Source: an uncultured delta proteobacterium (GTDB taxonomy: Bacteria > Myxococcota_A > Polyangia > Polyangiales > Polyangiaceae). Taken from it: DNA of 64,000 bases. A program made the translations under genes and the position numbers. The notes under the pieces were generated by a model, which made no database searches, was not told the DNA's origin, and saw nothing but the letters and a program-made list of their open reading frames with translations. The stretch covers positions 1,024,001 through 1,088,000 of the forward strand of contig CAWDXG010000001.1 in NCBI GenBank assembly GCA_963806225.1. Reading direction: 5' to 3'. Shown in pieces: positions 38,265-47,607 of this stretch; position 1 is the first letter of the stretch, and every line of letters begins with the position of its first letter.

Positions 38265-40721
38265 GTGCGAAAAACGGCAGAGAGGGAGGGTGCCGCGGCG
38301 GCATTCCAGATCGTCGTGGCGTTGAGGGGAGCTCGGCCGCGCGTGTGGCGTCGCGTGCTGGTGCGTGGCGACATGCTCCTGTCGGAGCTACACGGCGTGC
38401 TCCAGGCCGTCACGGATGCGGGGGCGGAACTGCACGCCTTCAGTCTGCCCGGTGCGCACCACCGCTCTGCGTTGCGCGACAGCTTCGTCGCGGATACGGA
38501 CGAGCGCTGCATCCGTCTGGCCGACGTGGCAGCCGCCGGGACGCGCCTTCACTACGAGTGCATCGGCGACGAGTGCTGGCGCTACCGGCTCGACGTGGAG
38601 ACGGTGCGTCCCGTGGAACCCGACGTGGGTTATCCCGTGTGTCTGGCGGGGCGCTCCGCGTGTCCCGGTGCGCCCGTCGATTTCGATCTCGGCCGTATCA
38701 ACCAGCGCCTGGCCGCATTCCAGCAGCTGCCGGCTCCGCGGCGCAGCGCCGCGCCACCCGGCGCGCGGGAATGCCGGCGCGCCCGCGAGGCTCTGGCGGG
38801 GATCCGCCAGCGACTGCCCCTGAGGGGGGAGGAGCTCCGCCTGGAGCTCGCCGGGCTTTCGCCCCGTGCCATCCAGCACGAGCTGGTCGCCATGATCGAA
38901 GAGCCGGCAAGCTTTGCCGTGCGGCTGCTCGTCGTGGACGCGTTCGTGGAGGTCGGGCTCGGCGACAGCGTGCGGAAGCTCCAGGCCATCGCGGCCGACA
39001 CGGCGCGGCCCATCGCTGCGCGCGGGCTGGCGTTCGATGTGCTGTCCCTGATGGAGCCCACCGCGACCGCATCCGTGCTGGCTGCGCTGACATCCAGACA
39101 GCGCGAGCTTCTGCTCGAGGAGCAGTTCGGTAATCTGCTGGTCGCGACCCAGGTGGAACGCGACGCTGCCGTGCTCGTCGCCCAGACACTCGCCGACCAG
39201 GTGGCGCTGGGCGACCATGGGTTTCTGGCGTTTCTCGAGGGCTGTCGCGCCCTGGTCGGCGTACCGGCGGCGGTGGTGTACGGCGAAGCCCTGCTTTCGC
39301 CGCCACTCACGCCCATCCGGTCACGCCTGCTCGAGCTCCTCGTATCTGCTGGCGGCAGCCAGGTTGCGGCGCTTCTCGCACGGGCCCGCGACGAGACCGC
39401 CAACGTCCACTGGAGGAGCCGGCTGCAGCGCGCGCTGATGGGCGTGCTGACGGACACCATCCGCGCCCGCCAGCGCACGCCGGCCGTCGCTGGCAGGGCA
39501 TGGATGACGGGGTGCGACTCGCTGGGCCGATTCGCCTTGTTCGCGCACGTGGAGACGCCGCGCGCGAGCGCTTTCGCCAGCGTGGTGGCGTCCCTCGACG
39601 GCGGCTTCCACGACGCCGAGCTGGAGCCGCGGGTTTCGCGCGACGAGGCCCGGCTTCGCCTGTCCGCCTTCGTTTCGACGACGGGCGACCGGCTTGTTGA
39701 AATCCCACTGACCGAAGCCGCCGCATACATCGCGCTCATCGCACGCCGGACGCGGGAGCAGGGCCTGGAGGTCTCGCACCGGACGGCGGTGGCGGTCGAG
39801 CTGCTCGAGAGCGCCTGGGACGGCGCTCTGCCCAAAGCTTCCCCCGGCAGTCGAACGGGTCCGGTCGACGACGAGCAGGTCCGTGCTCTGCTGGAGCGAT
39901 CGCGATACATGAGGGCGTGGCGCTTCGACCCGGCGGGGCTGGACGATCCAGCGGCGGGCGGAGCCTTCCCCGGCACGGCAGCATGGCGCCGGCGCGCGCT
40001 GGTCCGGATTGCGCGCTCGGGGTTTGCCGATCGCCTGCGATCGATGTGTCTGTTCATGAGCCGCTGGCACGAGCTGGATGGGGAGCACGAGGCAGCGGTG
40101 TTGTGCGGCGCCCTGGCCGCAGAGCTCGAGCGAGGCGCATCCTCCAGCAGCCTGTGCCGCGTACTCCTCGACGACGTGGAGAGCGCGTCGTCGACGCGGG
40201 CGCCGCTGCCGGTTGGCAACAGTGCGTTGCGCGACAGGCTCAGAACGCGGTTCTTCGCGACGGTCGAGACCGCCCGGGGCGCCGACCTGGCCCGGCTCGA
40301 CTTCGCGGAGGCTGCCCGCCTTGCGCTCGACGCGGAGCTCGTCGTGTTCGATCTGCCGCCGCTCCCCGAGGATGCCTGCGACGCGCTGGCGCATGAGCTC
40401 GGTCGGCTCCTGTCCCGCGTGCTTTCGGGGCGTCGTGTCGGGCAGCGCACGGGGGATCGCCTGCGCGCGCGCTTCATGCGACTACTCGGACTGGATGAGG
40501 AACGGTCCGCTATCGTTTTCGATGCGGTGATGGCTTCGCTGGCGGCCTTCCGCGAGCACGCCTGCTCCCGGTGCCCGGTCGCGTGTCTGGGACGGCTTTC
40601 GGGCGATTGCACGGAAGCGTTCCGCTCCGAGCGGCACCCGCTCGCGCAGCCGCCGGGCCCGCAGCGGCAGAGTCTCGCGCCGGCGTCGCCCCGGGAACAT
40701 GCGCCGCGGCGCCGCCCCTAG
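38265..40721 (+). CDS. Large protein with N-terminal plasmid pRiA4b ORF-3-like domain
   Basis: FQIVVAL..RPRVWRRVLV..LSELHGVLQA..LHAF..LHYE..W..LDVE..YPVCLAG..ACP; start approximate. Confidence 0.65.
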   Translation: MRKTAEREGAAAAFQIVVALRGARPRVWRRVLVRGDMLLSELHGVLQAVTDAGAELHAFSLPGAHHRSALRDSFVADTDERCIRLADVAAAGTRLHYECIGDECWRYRLDVETVRPVEPDVGYPVCLAGRSACPGAPVDFDLGRINQRLAAFQQLPAPRRSAAPPGARECRRAREALAGIRQRLPLRGEELRLELAGLSPRAIQHELVAMIEEPASFAVRLLVVDAFVEVGLGDSVRKLQAIAADTARPIAARGLAFDVLSLMEPTATASVLAALTSRQRELLLEEQFGNLLVATQVERDAAVLVAQTLADQVALGDHGFLAFLEGCRALVGVPAAVVYGEALLSPPLTPIRSRLLELLVSAGGSQVAALLARARDETANVHWRSRLQRALMGVLTDTIRARQRTPAVAGRAWMTGCDSLGRFALFAHVETPRASAFASVVASLDGGFHDAELEPRVSRDEARLRLSAFVSTTGDRLVEIPLTEAAAYIALIARRTREQGLEVSHRTAVAVELLESAWDGALPKASPGSRTGPVDDEQVRALLERSRYMRAWRFDPAGLDDPAAGGAFPGTAAWRRRALVRIARSGFADRLRSMCLFMSRWHELDGEHEAAVLCGALAAELERGASSSSLCRVLLDDVESASSTRAPLPVGNSALRDRLRTRFFATVETARGADLARLDFAEAARLALDAELVVFDLPPLPEDACDALAHELGRLLSRVLSGRRVGQRTGDRLRARFMRLLGLDEERSAIVFDAVMASLAAFREHACSRCPVACLGRLSGDCTEAFRSERHPLAQPPGPQRQSLAPASPREHAPRRRP

Positions 40722-40939
40722 CTTCCGCCGCGCGTCGGCGGCTGCCGGAGCGGCGCCTCCTCGAACAGCCGTGGGTAGCACCACCAGTGCCCGTCGCGCC
40801 GTGCGAGCCTGAGCAGCGCTTCGAACACCTTGGCGTGATGCTCGTTGTCGGCCAGAAGCTGCGCCGGCGTGCCGACGACGAGCGTGCGCACGCGCGGGTC
40901 GCTCAGAAAGTTGCCGGTACGCTGGTCGACGAGCATCAC
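40718..40939 (-). CDS. Small hypothetical protein
   Basis: 73-aa ORF with GAGGA RBS filling an intergenic gap; stop overlaps the convergent gene. Confidence 0.4.
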   Translation of the reverse strand: MMLVDQRTGNFLSDPRVRTLVVGTPAQLLADNEHHAKVFEALLRLARRDGHWWCYPRLFEEAPLRQPPTRGGS

Positions 40940-41115
40940 GGAATCCTCGACAGCGTGTCCGGCCTGCCGTTCACGCTCTCTTCGAAGCTAACCACCGGGG
41001 AGCGGCTTGCTTACAGGTGATCGACGGAGGCTTGTCCGCGCGTATTCGATACGCCGCGCGCTGTGCCGCTTGCTCCTGGCACAGGCGACGACACCGTCGT
41101 AGACTTCGCGCCCAG

Positions 41116-41781
41116 TTGACACACTCGCCTCGAGCCGCGGAGTTCCACGCCGTCATTTTCGATCTCGGCGGCGTCGTGTTCGACTCGCCGCTGGCCGAGT
41201 TCCGGCGCTTCGAGAAAGAGCGGGGGCTGCCTGATCTGTTGCTGGGCCGCATCGTGATGGGGTCGGGCCCGGACGGCGCCTGGGCCCGCCTGGAACGCGG
41301 CGAGCTCTCCCTCGCGGAGTTCTGCGCAGCCTTCGAAGAAGATGCGCGAGCCGCCGGCGCGGACATCTCCGCCACCGAGCTGATGGACCGGGTGGCTCGC
41401 TCCATGAAGGTCCGCCCCGTCATGCTCGGAGCCGTGCGCCGCCTGCGATCACACGGGCTTTCGACCGCCGCCCTGACGAACAACTGGAAGCTGGGCGAGG
41501 CCGGCGACGCGCGGATGAGCGAGCTCCGTCGGGAGTTCGACGTTTTCGTCGAGTCCTGCAAGACAGGCCTGCGCAAGCCCGACCCCGCGATCTACCAGCT
41601 TGCGCTTCGCGAGCTGTCGGTGCGTCCGGAACACGCTGTGTTCCTCGACGACCTCGGTCACAACCTGAAGCCGGCGCGGGCGCTCGGTATGGAGACGATC
41701 AAGGTGACCGAGCCCGAAGCTGCGCTTGCGGAACTCGGCGAGCTTCTAGGCCTGGAGCTACTGTCCTCAGCTGCAAAATGA
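41116..41781 (+). CDS. HAD-family phosphatase (ACAD10/epoxide hydrolase N-terminal-like)
   Basis: VIFDLGGV, ALTNN, RKPDPAIY, FLDDLGHNL; start approximate. Confidence 0.88.
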   Translation: MTHSPRAAEFHAVIFDLGGVVFDSPLAEFRRFEKERGLPDLLLGRIVMGSGPDGAWARLERGELSLAEFCAAFEEDARAAGADISATELMDRVARSMKVRPVMLGAVRRLRSHGLSTAALTNNWKLGEAGDARMSELRREFDVFVESCKTGLRKPDPAIYQLALRELSVRPEHAVFLDDLGHNLKPARALGMETIKVTEPEAALAELGELLGLELLSSAAK

Positions 41782-41909
41782 TTTGCACTCGACGCGGCGT
41801 TCTTCGAGGACCAAGGGTAATGGCGGCCGGGAAGAGAGGGGCTCGCTTCGCGCGAGTGGCGGCGGGCCCGGGTCCAATGCGGCCCGGGCTCGCCGGCGTG
41901 GCGGCTCCG

Positions 41910-42506
41910 CTACTCGTTGCCTTCGACGTTGCCGCCTCCGCTGCTCCGCCGCGTCGAGCGCAACATGTGCTGCAACAGCTGGCGGGACACGTGCAGGAGA
42001 CGCGCTGCGCCCCTGCGGCTACCGCCAGCCCGGGCCAGCGCCTCTGCGACCATGGTACGGCGGACGTGCCGTTCCAGCTCCCGAACCGGAACGTGCCCCA
42101 CCTGCGCCCGCACGTGCGGTGTCATGTCGGGCGGCATGTGCAGCGCCTCGTCGATCGCGAGCTCGAGTGCTTCGAGCCGCAGCGGTTTGGTGAGGTAGCT
42201 CCGGACCCCGAGCTGCGCGAGGCGGAACGACTCGGAGGGCCCGGCGACGCCGCTCATGGCAATGACGACCGGCGCCGCGGGCAGCTCGGAGGCTTCGCGC
42301 AGAACGTCGAAAGCGTCCCCGTCCGGTAGCTCCACGTCGAGCACGAGCAGCTCCGGACTCCACTCGCGGAGGACGCGGCGTGCCTCGGCCACCGTGCCGC
42401 ACGCGCGCACGGAGTACCCCCGGCCGGCGAGCGTGCGCTCCAGGGTCTTGAGCAGGGCCGGATTGTCTTCCACGACGAGCGCGCACACCGCTGCCTCCGG
42501 GCCCAT
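41910..42506 (-). CDS. Response regulator REC + Fis-type HTH (RegA/PrrA-like architecture)
   Basis: LVVEDN, LVLDVELPDGD, YLTKP, GGSRRGAARLLHVSRQLL. Confidence 0.88.
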   Translation of the reverse strand: MGPEAAVCALVVEDNPALLKTLERTLAGRGYSVRACGTVAEARRVLREWSPELLVLDVELPDGDAFDVLREASELPAAPVVIAMSGVAGPSESFRLAQLGVRSYLTKPLRLEALELAIDEALHMPPDMTPHVRAQVGHVPVRELERHVRRTMVAEALARAGGSRRGAARLLHVSRQLLQHMLRSTRRSSGGGNVEGNE

Positions 42507-42589
42507 ATACGTAGGGTGACCACGCGCGGCCGGGGCGTCAATGTCGCCGCGCCGTTGCAGGCCGTGGCCGGCACCCCGATACTCGGGTC

Positions 42590-43912
42590 GTGGCTGGAGA
42601 GGACCGCGCTGCCGCGGAGCACCGGACCGTCCGTCTCGTCGATCGGGTCTTCTCGGAGGCCGTAGCGCACGGCGAGCGGGCCGTGTCCGTGTGCCGCGCC
42701 GCGTTCTGCCTGGCGATCGGCATACGCTATGTGCTGATGGGTCCGCTCACGTTCCCCGGCGGCGTGAAGGAAGCGTTGGTCGAGTTTCCGGCTCTGGGGA
42801 TTGCGATCGTGTTCTCGGTGTGGATCCTGGCGCGTGTGCGGCGTCGCGGCGTGACGCGCGGCATCCTGTACGCGTCGGTTTCGCTCGACGCGGTCATCTG
42901 CTTCAGCTCGCTTCTCGTCAACGTGCTGTGGCCACCCGCCGGATATCGCGGCATCGCGACCATACCCGACACGGCCGCCATGCTCGTCATCACGTTCGCG
43001 GCGGGCTTCCGCCTCTACCCGCTGGTTGCCGCGGTTGGAGGAGCGTTCAACATCACGCTGGGCAGCGTGCTCGTCGTCGTCGACAAGCTGCTCAATCCGG
43101 AGCTCGCCCGCTACAGCTGGCCCGAGGTGATGCTGGGCGGCATATACCTGCTCGGCGCCGCCGCGCTCGCCGTGCTGGTCGCGACGCGCACGCGCCGGCT
43201 GGTGCAGGCGAGCGCGAGCCAGGCGGTCGCCGCGGAACGGGCCCGGCGCAGCCTCGGCCTGGTGCTGCAGGACCATCACGACGTCCGCAGCCTGCTGTCC
43301 TCGGCATCGCTGAACGCCGAGCTCGTGCTGCGCGAGCTCGCGCAGCAAGACGAGTCGCGCGCGTTTTTGACTGCGCGCGAGGTGAAGCAGGATCTGGAGC
43401 TCATCAACGAAGCGGTGGGTGTGGTCCGCCAGCGCGCCTACAGCGAGCTGGCCACGCTCGAGGATCCAGAGGCAGTGGAGCTCGGCCCGATCCTCGAGCA
43501 GGTCAGCGGTGCCGTGGCGCGGCGCTTTCCGGACACGAGCATCGAGGTCGAGAGCGTCCCGGGGATGCAGCGCGTCAGCGTTGCCGGCGGATCGCGGGGG
43601 ATGGAGCGCGTGTTGCTCAACCTGCTGGTCAATGCCTGTGAGGGGCAGGGCGATGCGGCTGCGGGGCGGGTCGAGGTGGACGTGGAGTCCGCGCCCGACT
43701 CGCTGGTGATCACGGTCTCGGACGACGGTGCCGGATTTTCCGATGCCCAGCTGGCCGCGCCGGAGAACGGCGGCTGGTCGACCAAGCCCGGCGGCTCCGG
43801 GCTGGGGCTCGCGCTGGTGAAGGAAATCGTGTCCGCGAGCGGTGGGCAGCTCCAGCTCGGCAACCGCTCCCGCGGCGGCGCCGAGGTGCGCGTCACCGTG
43901 CCGCGCGCCTGA
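42590..43912 (+). CDS. Membrane sensor histidine kinase
   Basis: About 5 TM helices; H-box HHDVRSLL, N-box NLLVNA, DDGAGF, TKPGGSGLGL. Confidence 0.88.
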   Translation: MAGEDRAAAEHRTVRLVDRVFSEAVAHGERAVSVCRAAFCLAIGIRYVLMGPLTFPGGVKEALVEFPALGIAIVFSVWILARVRRRGVTRGILYASVSLDAVICFSSLLVNVLWPPAGYRGIATIPDTAAMLVITFAAGFRLYPLVAAVGGAFNITLGSVLVVVDKLLNPELARYSWPEVMLGGIYLLGAAALAVLVATRTRRLVQASASQAVAAERARRSLGLVLQDHHDVRSLLSSASLNAELVLRELAQQDESRAFLTAREVKQDLELINEAVGVVRQRAYSELATLEDPEAVELGPILEQVSGAVARRFPDTSIEVESVPGMQRVSVAGGSRGMERVLLNLLVNACEGQGDAAAGRVEVDVESAPDSLVITVSDDGAGFSDAQLAAPENGGWSTKPGGSGLGLALVKEIVSASGGQLQLGNRSRGGAEVRVTVPRA

Positions 43913-43913
43913 T

Positions 43914-45029
43914 TCAGCGCTTCTGTTCGTCCTGGCGCTGCGCGTGCTCGAGGAGCAGGGCGGTGACCGGGGCGCCGAGCTCGTTGTGACCGCCCACGTC
44001 CTGCGGCGCGAACTCGAATTGTCCGCTGTTCCACTCGAGCACCTTCCACAGCGCGTCGCGCGCGCTCGAGTCCCAGCCCTCGACCTCGGCCCTGAGCAGC
44101 TCGCCGTTCCGGAAGAAGAGACGCGCCACGTCTGGTCCCACGAGCAGCAGGATGCCGGTCTGCTTTTCCACTTCCAGGAAGGCCAGCAGGGACTGCGGCG
44201 CCACGTGCTCCAGCTCGCCCCGGAGCATCGTGCGCAGCAGCTGCGAGGTCCGCGAGTTCTGTGTGCGCCGCACGATCTGGTGCACCCGGACGAGTAGCCC
44301 TTCGGGCGTGTAGGGCTTGGGGATGTAACCGTCCACGCCCAGCTGGTATCCCAGCAGCCGCGCCTGGTCGTCGTCGAGCATGGTCAGGAATATCACCGGC
44401 ACGGTCGCGAGCGAGGGCCTCGCGCGCACCAGCCTGAGCAGCTGCCAGCCATCCATACGGGGCATCTGCACGTCGCTCAGGATTACGTCCGGCGGTTCCT
44501 TGAGGCACATGGATAGCGCTTCCAGGCCGTCCGCCGTCATCCGCACCGTGTCGCCGCGCTTGATGAAGGGTTCTGCCGCGAGCTTCCTGTAGCGTTCGTC
44601 GTCGTCCACCACGACCACGCTGAGCGCGCCGAGCGCGCGACGCTTGGCGGGCGGCGCGGGCGGGGGCGCGCCGGCGCCCTGGAGCAGGCGCTCGAGCAGA
44701 GCGCGCTTGTCCTCGGCGATGTCGAGCAGCTCCAGCCCCATTCCCGCGGGCTTGCCGGTTGCCTTGGCCGCCGCCCGGTCGCGCACGTACACCACGCGGC
44801 ACAGCATCGGGATCGAGTCCGACGCGCTCTGCTGCTCCACCGTCAGCTTGAGCGCCGAGCCGAGCGGCAGGAAGCGATCGCTGCGGATGAACAGACCGCC
44901 GCGCGACAGGTTCACCCCGGGTAGCTTGGCCTGCTTGTCGATAGCGCTGGCCCGGACCGTAAACTCGGCCCGCACCCGGGGATGCTGGCGACTGTCCGGC
45001 GCGTCGTCCACCCTCGCTAGCTCTAACAC
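43914..45029 (-). CDS. PilZ-REC-DUF4388 signalling protein
   Basis: RQHPR and NLSRGG (PilZ), VVDDD..SDVQMPRMDG..KP (REC), LRGEL..LL..LE..KQTGIL..LFFRNGE (DUF4388). Confidence 0.88.
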   Translation of the reverse strand: MLELARVDDAPDSRQHPRVRAEFTVRASAIDKQAKLPGVNLSRGGLFIRSDRFLPLGSALKLTVEQQSASDSIPMLCRVVYVRDRAAAKATGKPAGMGLELLDIAEDKRALLERLLQGAGAPPPAPPAKRRALGALSVVVVDDDERYRKLAAEPFIKRGDTVRMTADGLEALSMCLKEPPDVILSDVQMPRMDGWQLLRLVRARPSLATVPVIFLTMLDDDQARLLGYQLGVDGYIPKPYTPEGLLVRVHQIVRRTQNSRTSQLLRTMLRGELEHVAPQSLLAFLEVEKQTGILLLVGPDVARLFFRNGELLRAEVEGWDSSARDALWKVLEWNSGQFEFAPQDVGGHNELGAPVTALLLEHAQRQDEQKR

Positions 45030-45073
45030 GCGGCGATCGTGCGGTCGACGCTGCTGTTTCCCCCGGAATAGCG

Positions 45074-46624
45074 TCAGTGGGAGTGCTTGCCCGGCGCGAG
45101 CTCCGGCAGGTCACGGGCGTCGACGTAGAACGCGCGCGAGCGGTTCCGCGCGACCAGCCCCGCAATCCGCACCGGCACGAATCCCGAATAGAGCGGCCCG
45201 ATCCGGACGTAGGCTCCCTTGGCCAGGGTTGCGATGACGGGGGCCGAGCTGTTGGGCCTGCGGCGGAGCGGGATCGCGGCCCGTGCCACGTGCGTGTAGC
45301 GCCCCGGCGTCGACGACAGCATTCCGAGCAGCCCCGGATTGGCCAGCGCCGAGGCCTGCACCCAGGCATCGAAGGAGAAACCGTGCTCCCCGCGGACGTG
45401 CGCGAAGTCGCCGCGACGCTCGAGCAGGGTGGCCCGGCTTGCGATCCGCCCCGGCACCTCGATGCGCCCGATCTGCTGTTTGCCGGGTGCGGCGTACAGC
45501 GGCACGAGGCCGGTGAGGTAGACGTTCTTGCCCTGCGGATCCGCGCGAGCCGGCTGGGTGTCTTGCGCGAGCGCGAGCTCACTGCAGGCGATCCGCTCGG
45601 ACAGCTCCGCAGGCTGCGTCTTCGAGTGCGGCTTGCCGTCGCGGAAATCGCGATAGGCGATGGCCTGTCCCGCCGCGGGATGGAACGCTGTCAGCGCCGC
45701 TCCCTTGCCGACCCAGATGTGACTCTTCACCAGATCGAGCTGCTGCTTCGACACGAGCGGCAGCGCCCCGGCCGCCAGCGTGCCGGTCACCACGACCGGC
45801 CAGCGCAGCGACACACGCAACGCGCCGCCCTTTTCCGCGGGCAGTTCCAGCGACGCGAGCTCCACGCCGGGGGAGTCGTCGATCACGCCGAGCGGCCTGC
45901 CGCGCGCATCATCGAGCTCGGCGACGGTCTTGAGCGTGCCCGACAGCACGCAGGGCGTGCTCTGCTTCGACGCGATCAGCGGTCGTTCCGGAACCGGCAG
46001 CGTCGGGGTGCGGGTGCGCGGCTGCGGCGCGGGCAGCGCGTCGGCGGGAAGGGGCGGGGGCAGTGCGGCGAGCTTCGCGCTGCAGCGAGCCGACGCCGGC
46101 GTCGACAGCTTCGAGGCGCGCGCGAGCGAGCGACACTTCTTGAACGCTTTGCGAGCGCTCTCGACGCGGGGCGCCACAGCGCCCTCGAGCGCCTGCTTGA
46201 ACGCCTGGGCCGTCTGCGGGTCGTTCCGGTACTCGCCGGGCATTGCCGCGACGCCGGCCGAGACGAACTCGTCGGCTAGCGAAAGCTCGAGCTCGCCGAG
46301 CTCGTCCAGGGCCACCACCCTCGACGCTGCGTCCGGCGCCTGCTCCACCACATCGCGATACGCGGCCAGCGCCCTGCGGTGCAGCTTCATGCGCGCGACC
46401 ACCCACTGCCGGAGCGGTCCGGCGAGGAACTCGCCTTTCTGCCCCTTGTCGTCCGGCCCCCTGTAGACCGGCGCGTGCAGCGCCTCGGCGCGCTTCGCGA
46501 GATCGCGCGCCGTGTCGAGCGCGCTCTGCTTCCCGGCGGCGGCCGGCGTTGCCGGTTTCGCCGGTGCACACCCCAGCGTCATTGCGGAGAGCAGTCCGCA
46601 CAGCGCCATCGGCCTCCACGACAT
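45074..46624 (-). CDS. Hypothetical lipoprotein with C-terminal SH3b-like repeats
   Basis: Lipobox TLGC; VPLYAAPG..IG and IPLRRRPNSSAPVIATL..G..V segments. Confidence 0.65.
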   Translation of the reverse strand: MSWRPMALCGLLSAMTLGCAPAKPATPAAAGKQSALDTARDLAKRAEALHAPVYRGPDDKGQKGEFLAGPLRQWVVARMKLHRRALAAYRDVVEQAPDAASRVVALDELGELELSLADEFVSAGVAAMPGEYRNDPQTAQAFKQALEGAVAPRVESARKAFKKCRSLARASKLSTPASARCSAKLAALPPPLPADALPAPQPRTRTPTLPVPERPLIASKQSTPCVLSGTLKTVAELDDARGRPLGVIDDSPGVELASLELPAEKGGALRVSLRWPVVVTGTLAAGALPLVSKQQLDLVKSHIWVGKGAALTAFHPAAGQAIAYRDFRDGKPHSKTQPAELSERIACSELALAQDTQPARADPQGKNVYLTGLVPLYAAPGKQQIGRIEVPGRIASRATLLERRGDFAHVRGEHGFSFDAWVQASALANPGLLGMLSSTPGRYTHVARAAIPLRRRPNSSAPVIATLAKGAYVRIGPLYSGFVPVRIAGLVARNRSRAFYVDARDLPELAPGKHSH

Positions 46625-46766
46625 TCGCGGCAGGGTAGGTCACGCGGGCAGGGGACGCATCAGGCGCCGAGGGGCGCCGGTTCCGCGTCAGCGTGGCGAA
46701 ATGTCACATCCGTGCGCAAAAACGCCACACAAACTGTGGCAATATGCCATGATCTGGTGCCCGGCT

Positions 46767-47567
46767 TCAGCAGGGAATGGTCGCGCACATCGCAGCCCAG
46801 GCGTTTCCGCCGTCGACGGGGACGACCTGCAGAAGGACGCAGGAGGTGCCCGGATCGTAGGTCGTCAGGCGACCGCAGGCATCGGTCATGAGCAGCGTGT
46901 CGATGATGATGTTGTCCACTCCCGACGGCAGCTTGCCGATCGCAACCGTGATGTGGTTGCCGGTGATCGAGGTGCTGGGCAGCGAGAAGCTGCCGGAGGG
47001 CTGGCCGCCCGACATGAACGCGCCGCCGATCGTCACGCTCTGGATGTCGAGCGGGTAGGTGATCTGCAGGTCGAGCATGCCGGTCGCCGGATCGTAGCTG
47101 CCAATCGTGTTGCCCACGACGCCGGCGCAGTCGAGCATCGAGGTGTACGGATCGCCGGCGTCGGCTCCCGCGTCGGCGCTGCCGTCCACGGCTGCGCCGC
47201 TGTCGGCACTCGCGTCCAGGCCCGCATCGGTGCCGCCGTCCGTGGGGCACGCCAGGCAGATGTTCTGCGCATAGTCCTTGATCGTGCCGGGGTTGCAGAC
47301 CAGGCCGGCCTCGGCCTCCGTCGGGGCGTCCACCGGAGCATCCGGAGCCGCCTCGGGTGCGGCTTCAGGTGCGGCTTCCGGTGCGGCTTCAGGTGCGGCG
47401 TCAGGTGCGGCGTCAGAACCTCCGGCGCCGTTGCCATCCGCGCCCGCCTCGTAGGCGGACGCATCGCCGCCTCCCGGGTGCTTCTTCTTGGTGTCGTTGG
47501 AGCACCCCGCCATGAGTACCAGGCACAAGGCGAGCGATAGGGTGGCAGGTCGATGAAGTCGAAGCAT
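46767..47567 (-). CDS. Hypothetical lipoprotein
   Basis: Lipobox MAGC; D/EAAP and DAG low-complexity linker typical of myxobacterial lipoproteins; several Cys. Confidence 0.7.
   Translation of the reverse strand: MLRLHRPATLSLALCLVLMAGCSNDTKKKHPGGGDASAYEAGADGNGAGGSDAAPDAAPEAAPEAAPEAAPEAAPDAPVDAPTEAEAGLVCNPGTIKDYAQNICLACPTDGGTDAGLDASADSGAAVDGSADAGADAGDPYTSMLDCAGVVGNTIGSYDPATGMLDLQITYPLDIQSVTIGGAFMSGGQPSGSFSLPSTSITGNHITVAIGKLPSGVDNIIIDTLLMTDACGRLTTYDPGTSCVLLQVVPVDGGNAWAAMCATIPC
47341..47415 (-). repeat. 12-bp tandem repeat (E/DAAP x6)
   Basis: ggtgcggcttca-like units. Confidence 0.75.
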
Positions 47568-47607
47568 GCTGGAGCATAGCGGGCGATGCGCGCCGCGCCA
47601 GGCCGGC

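Noticed and set aside
37335..40721. 1128-aa ORF joining a GT8 N-terminus to a pRiA4b-like protein
   Set aside because: Frameshift read-through; the intervening translation is off-frame GT8 sequence
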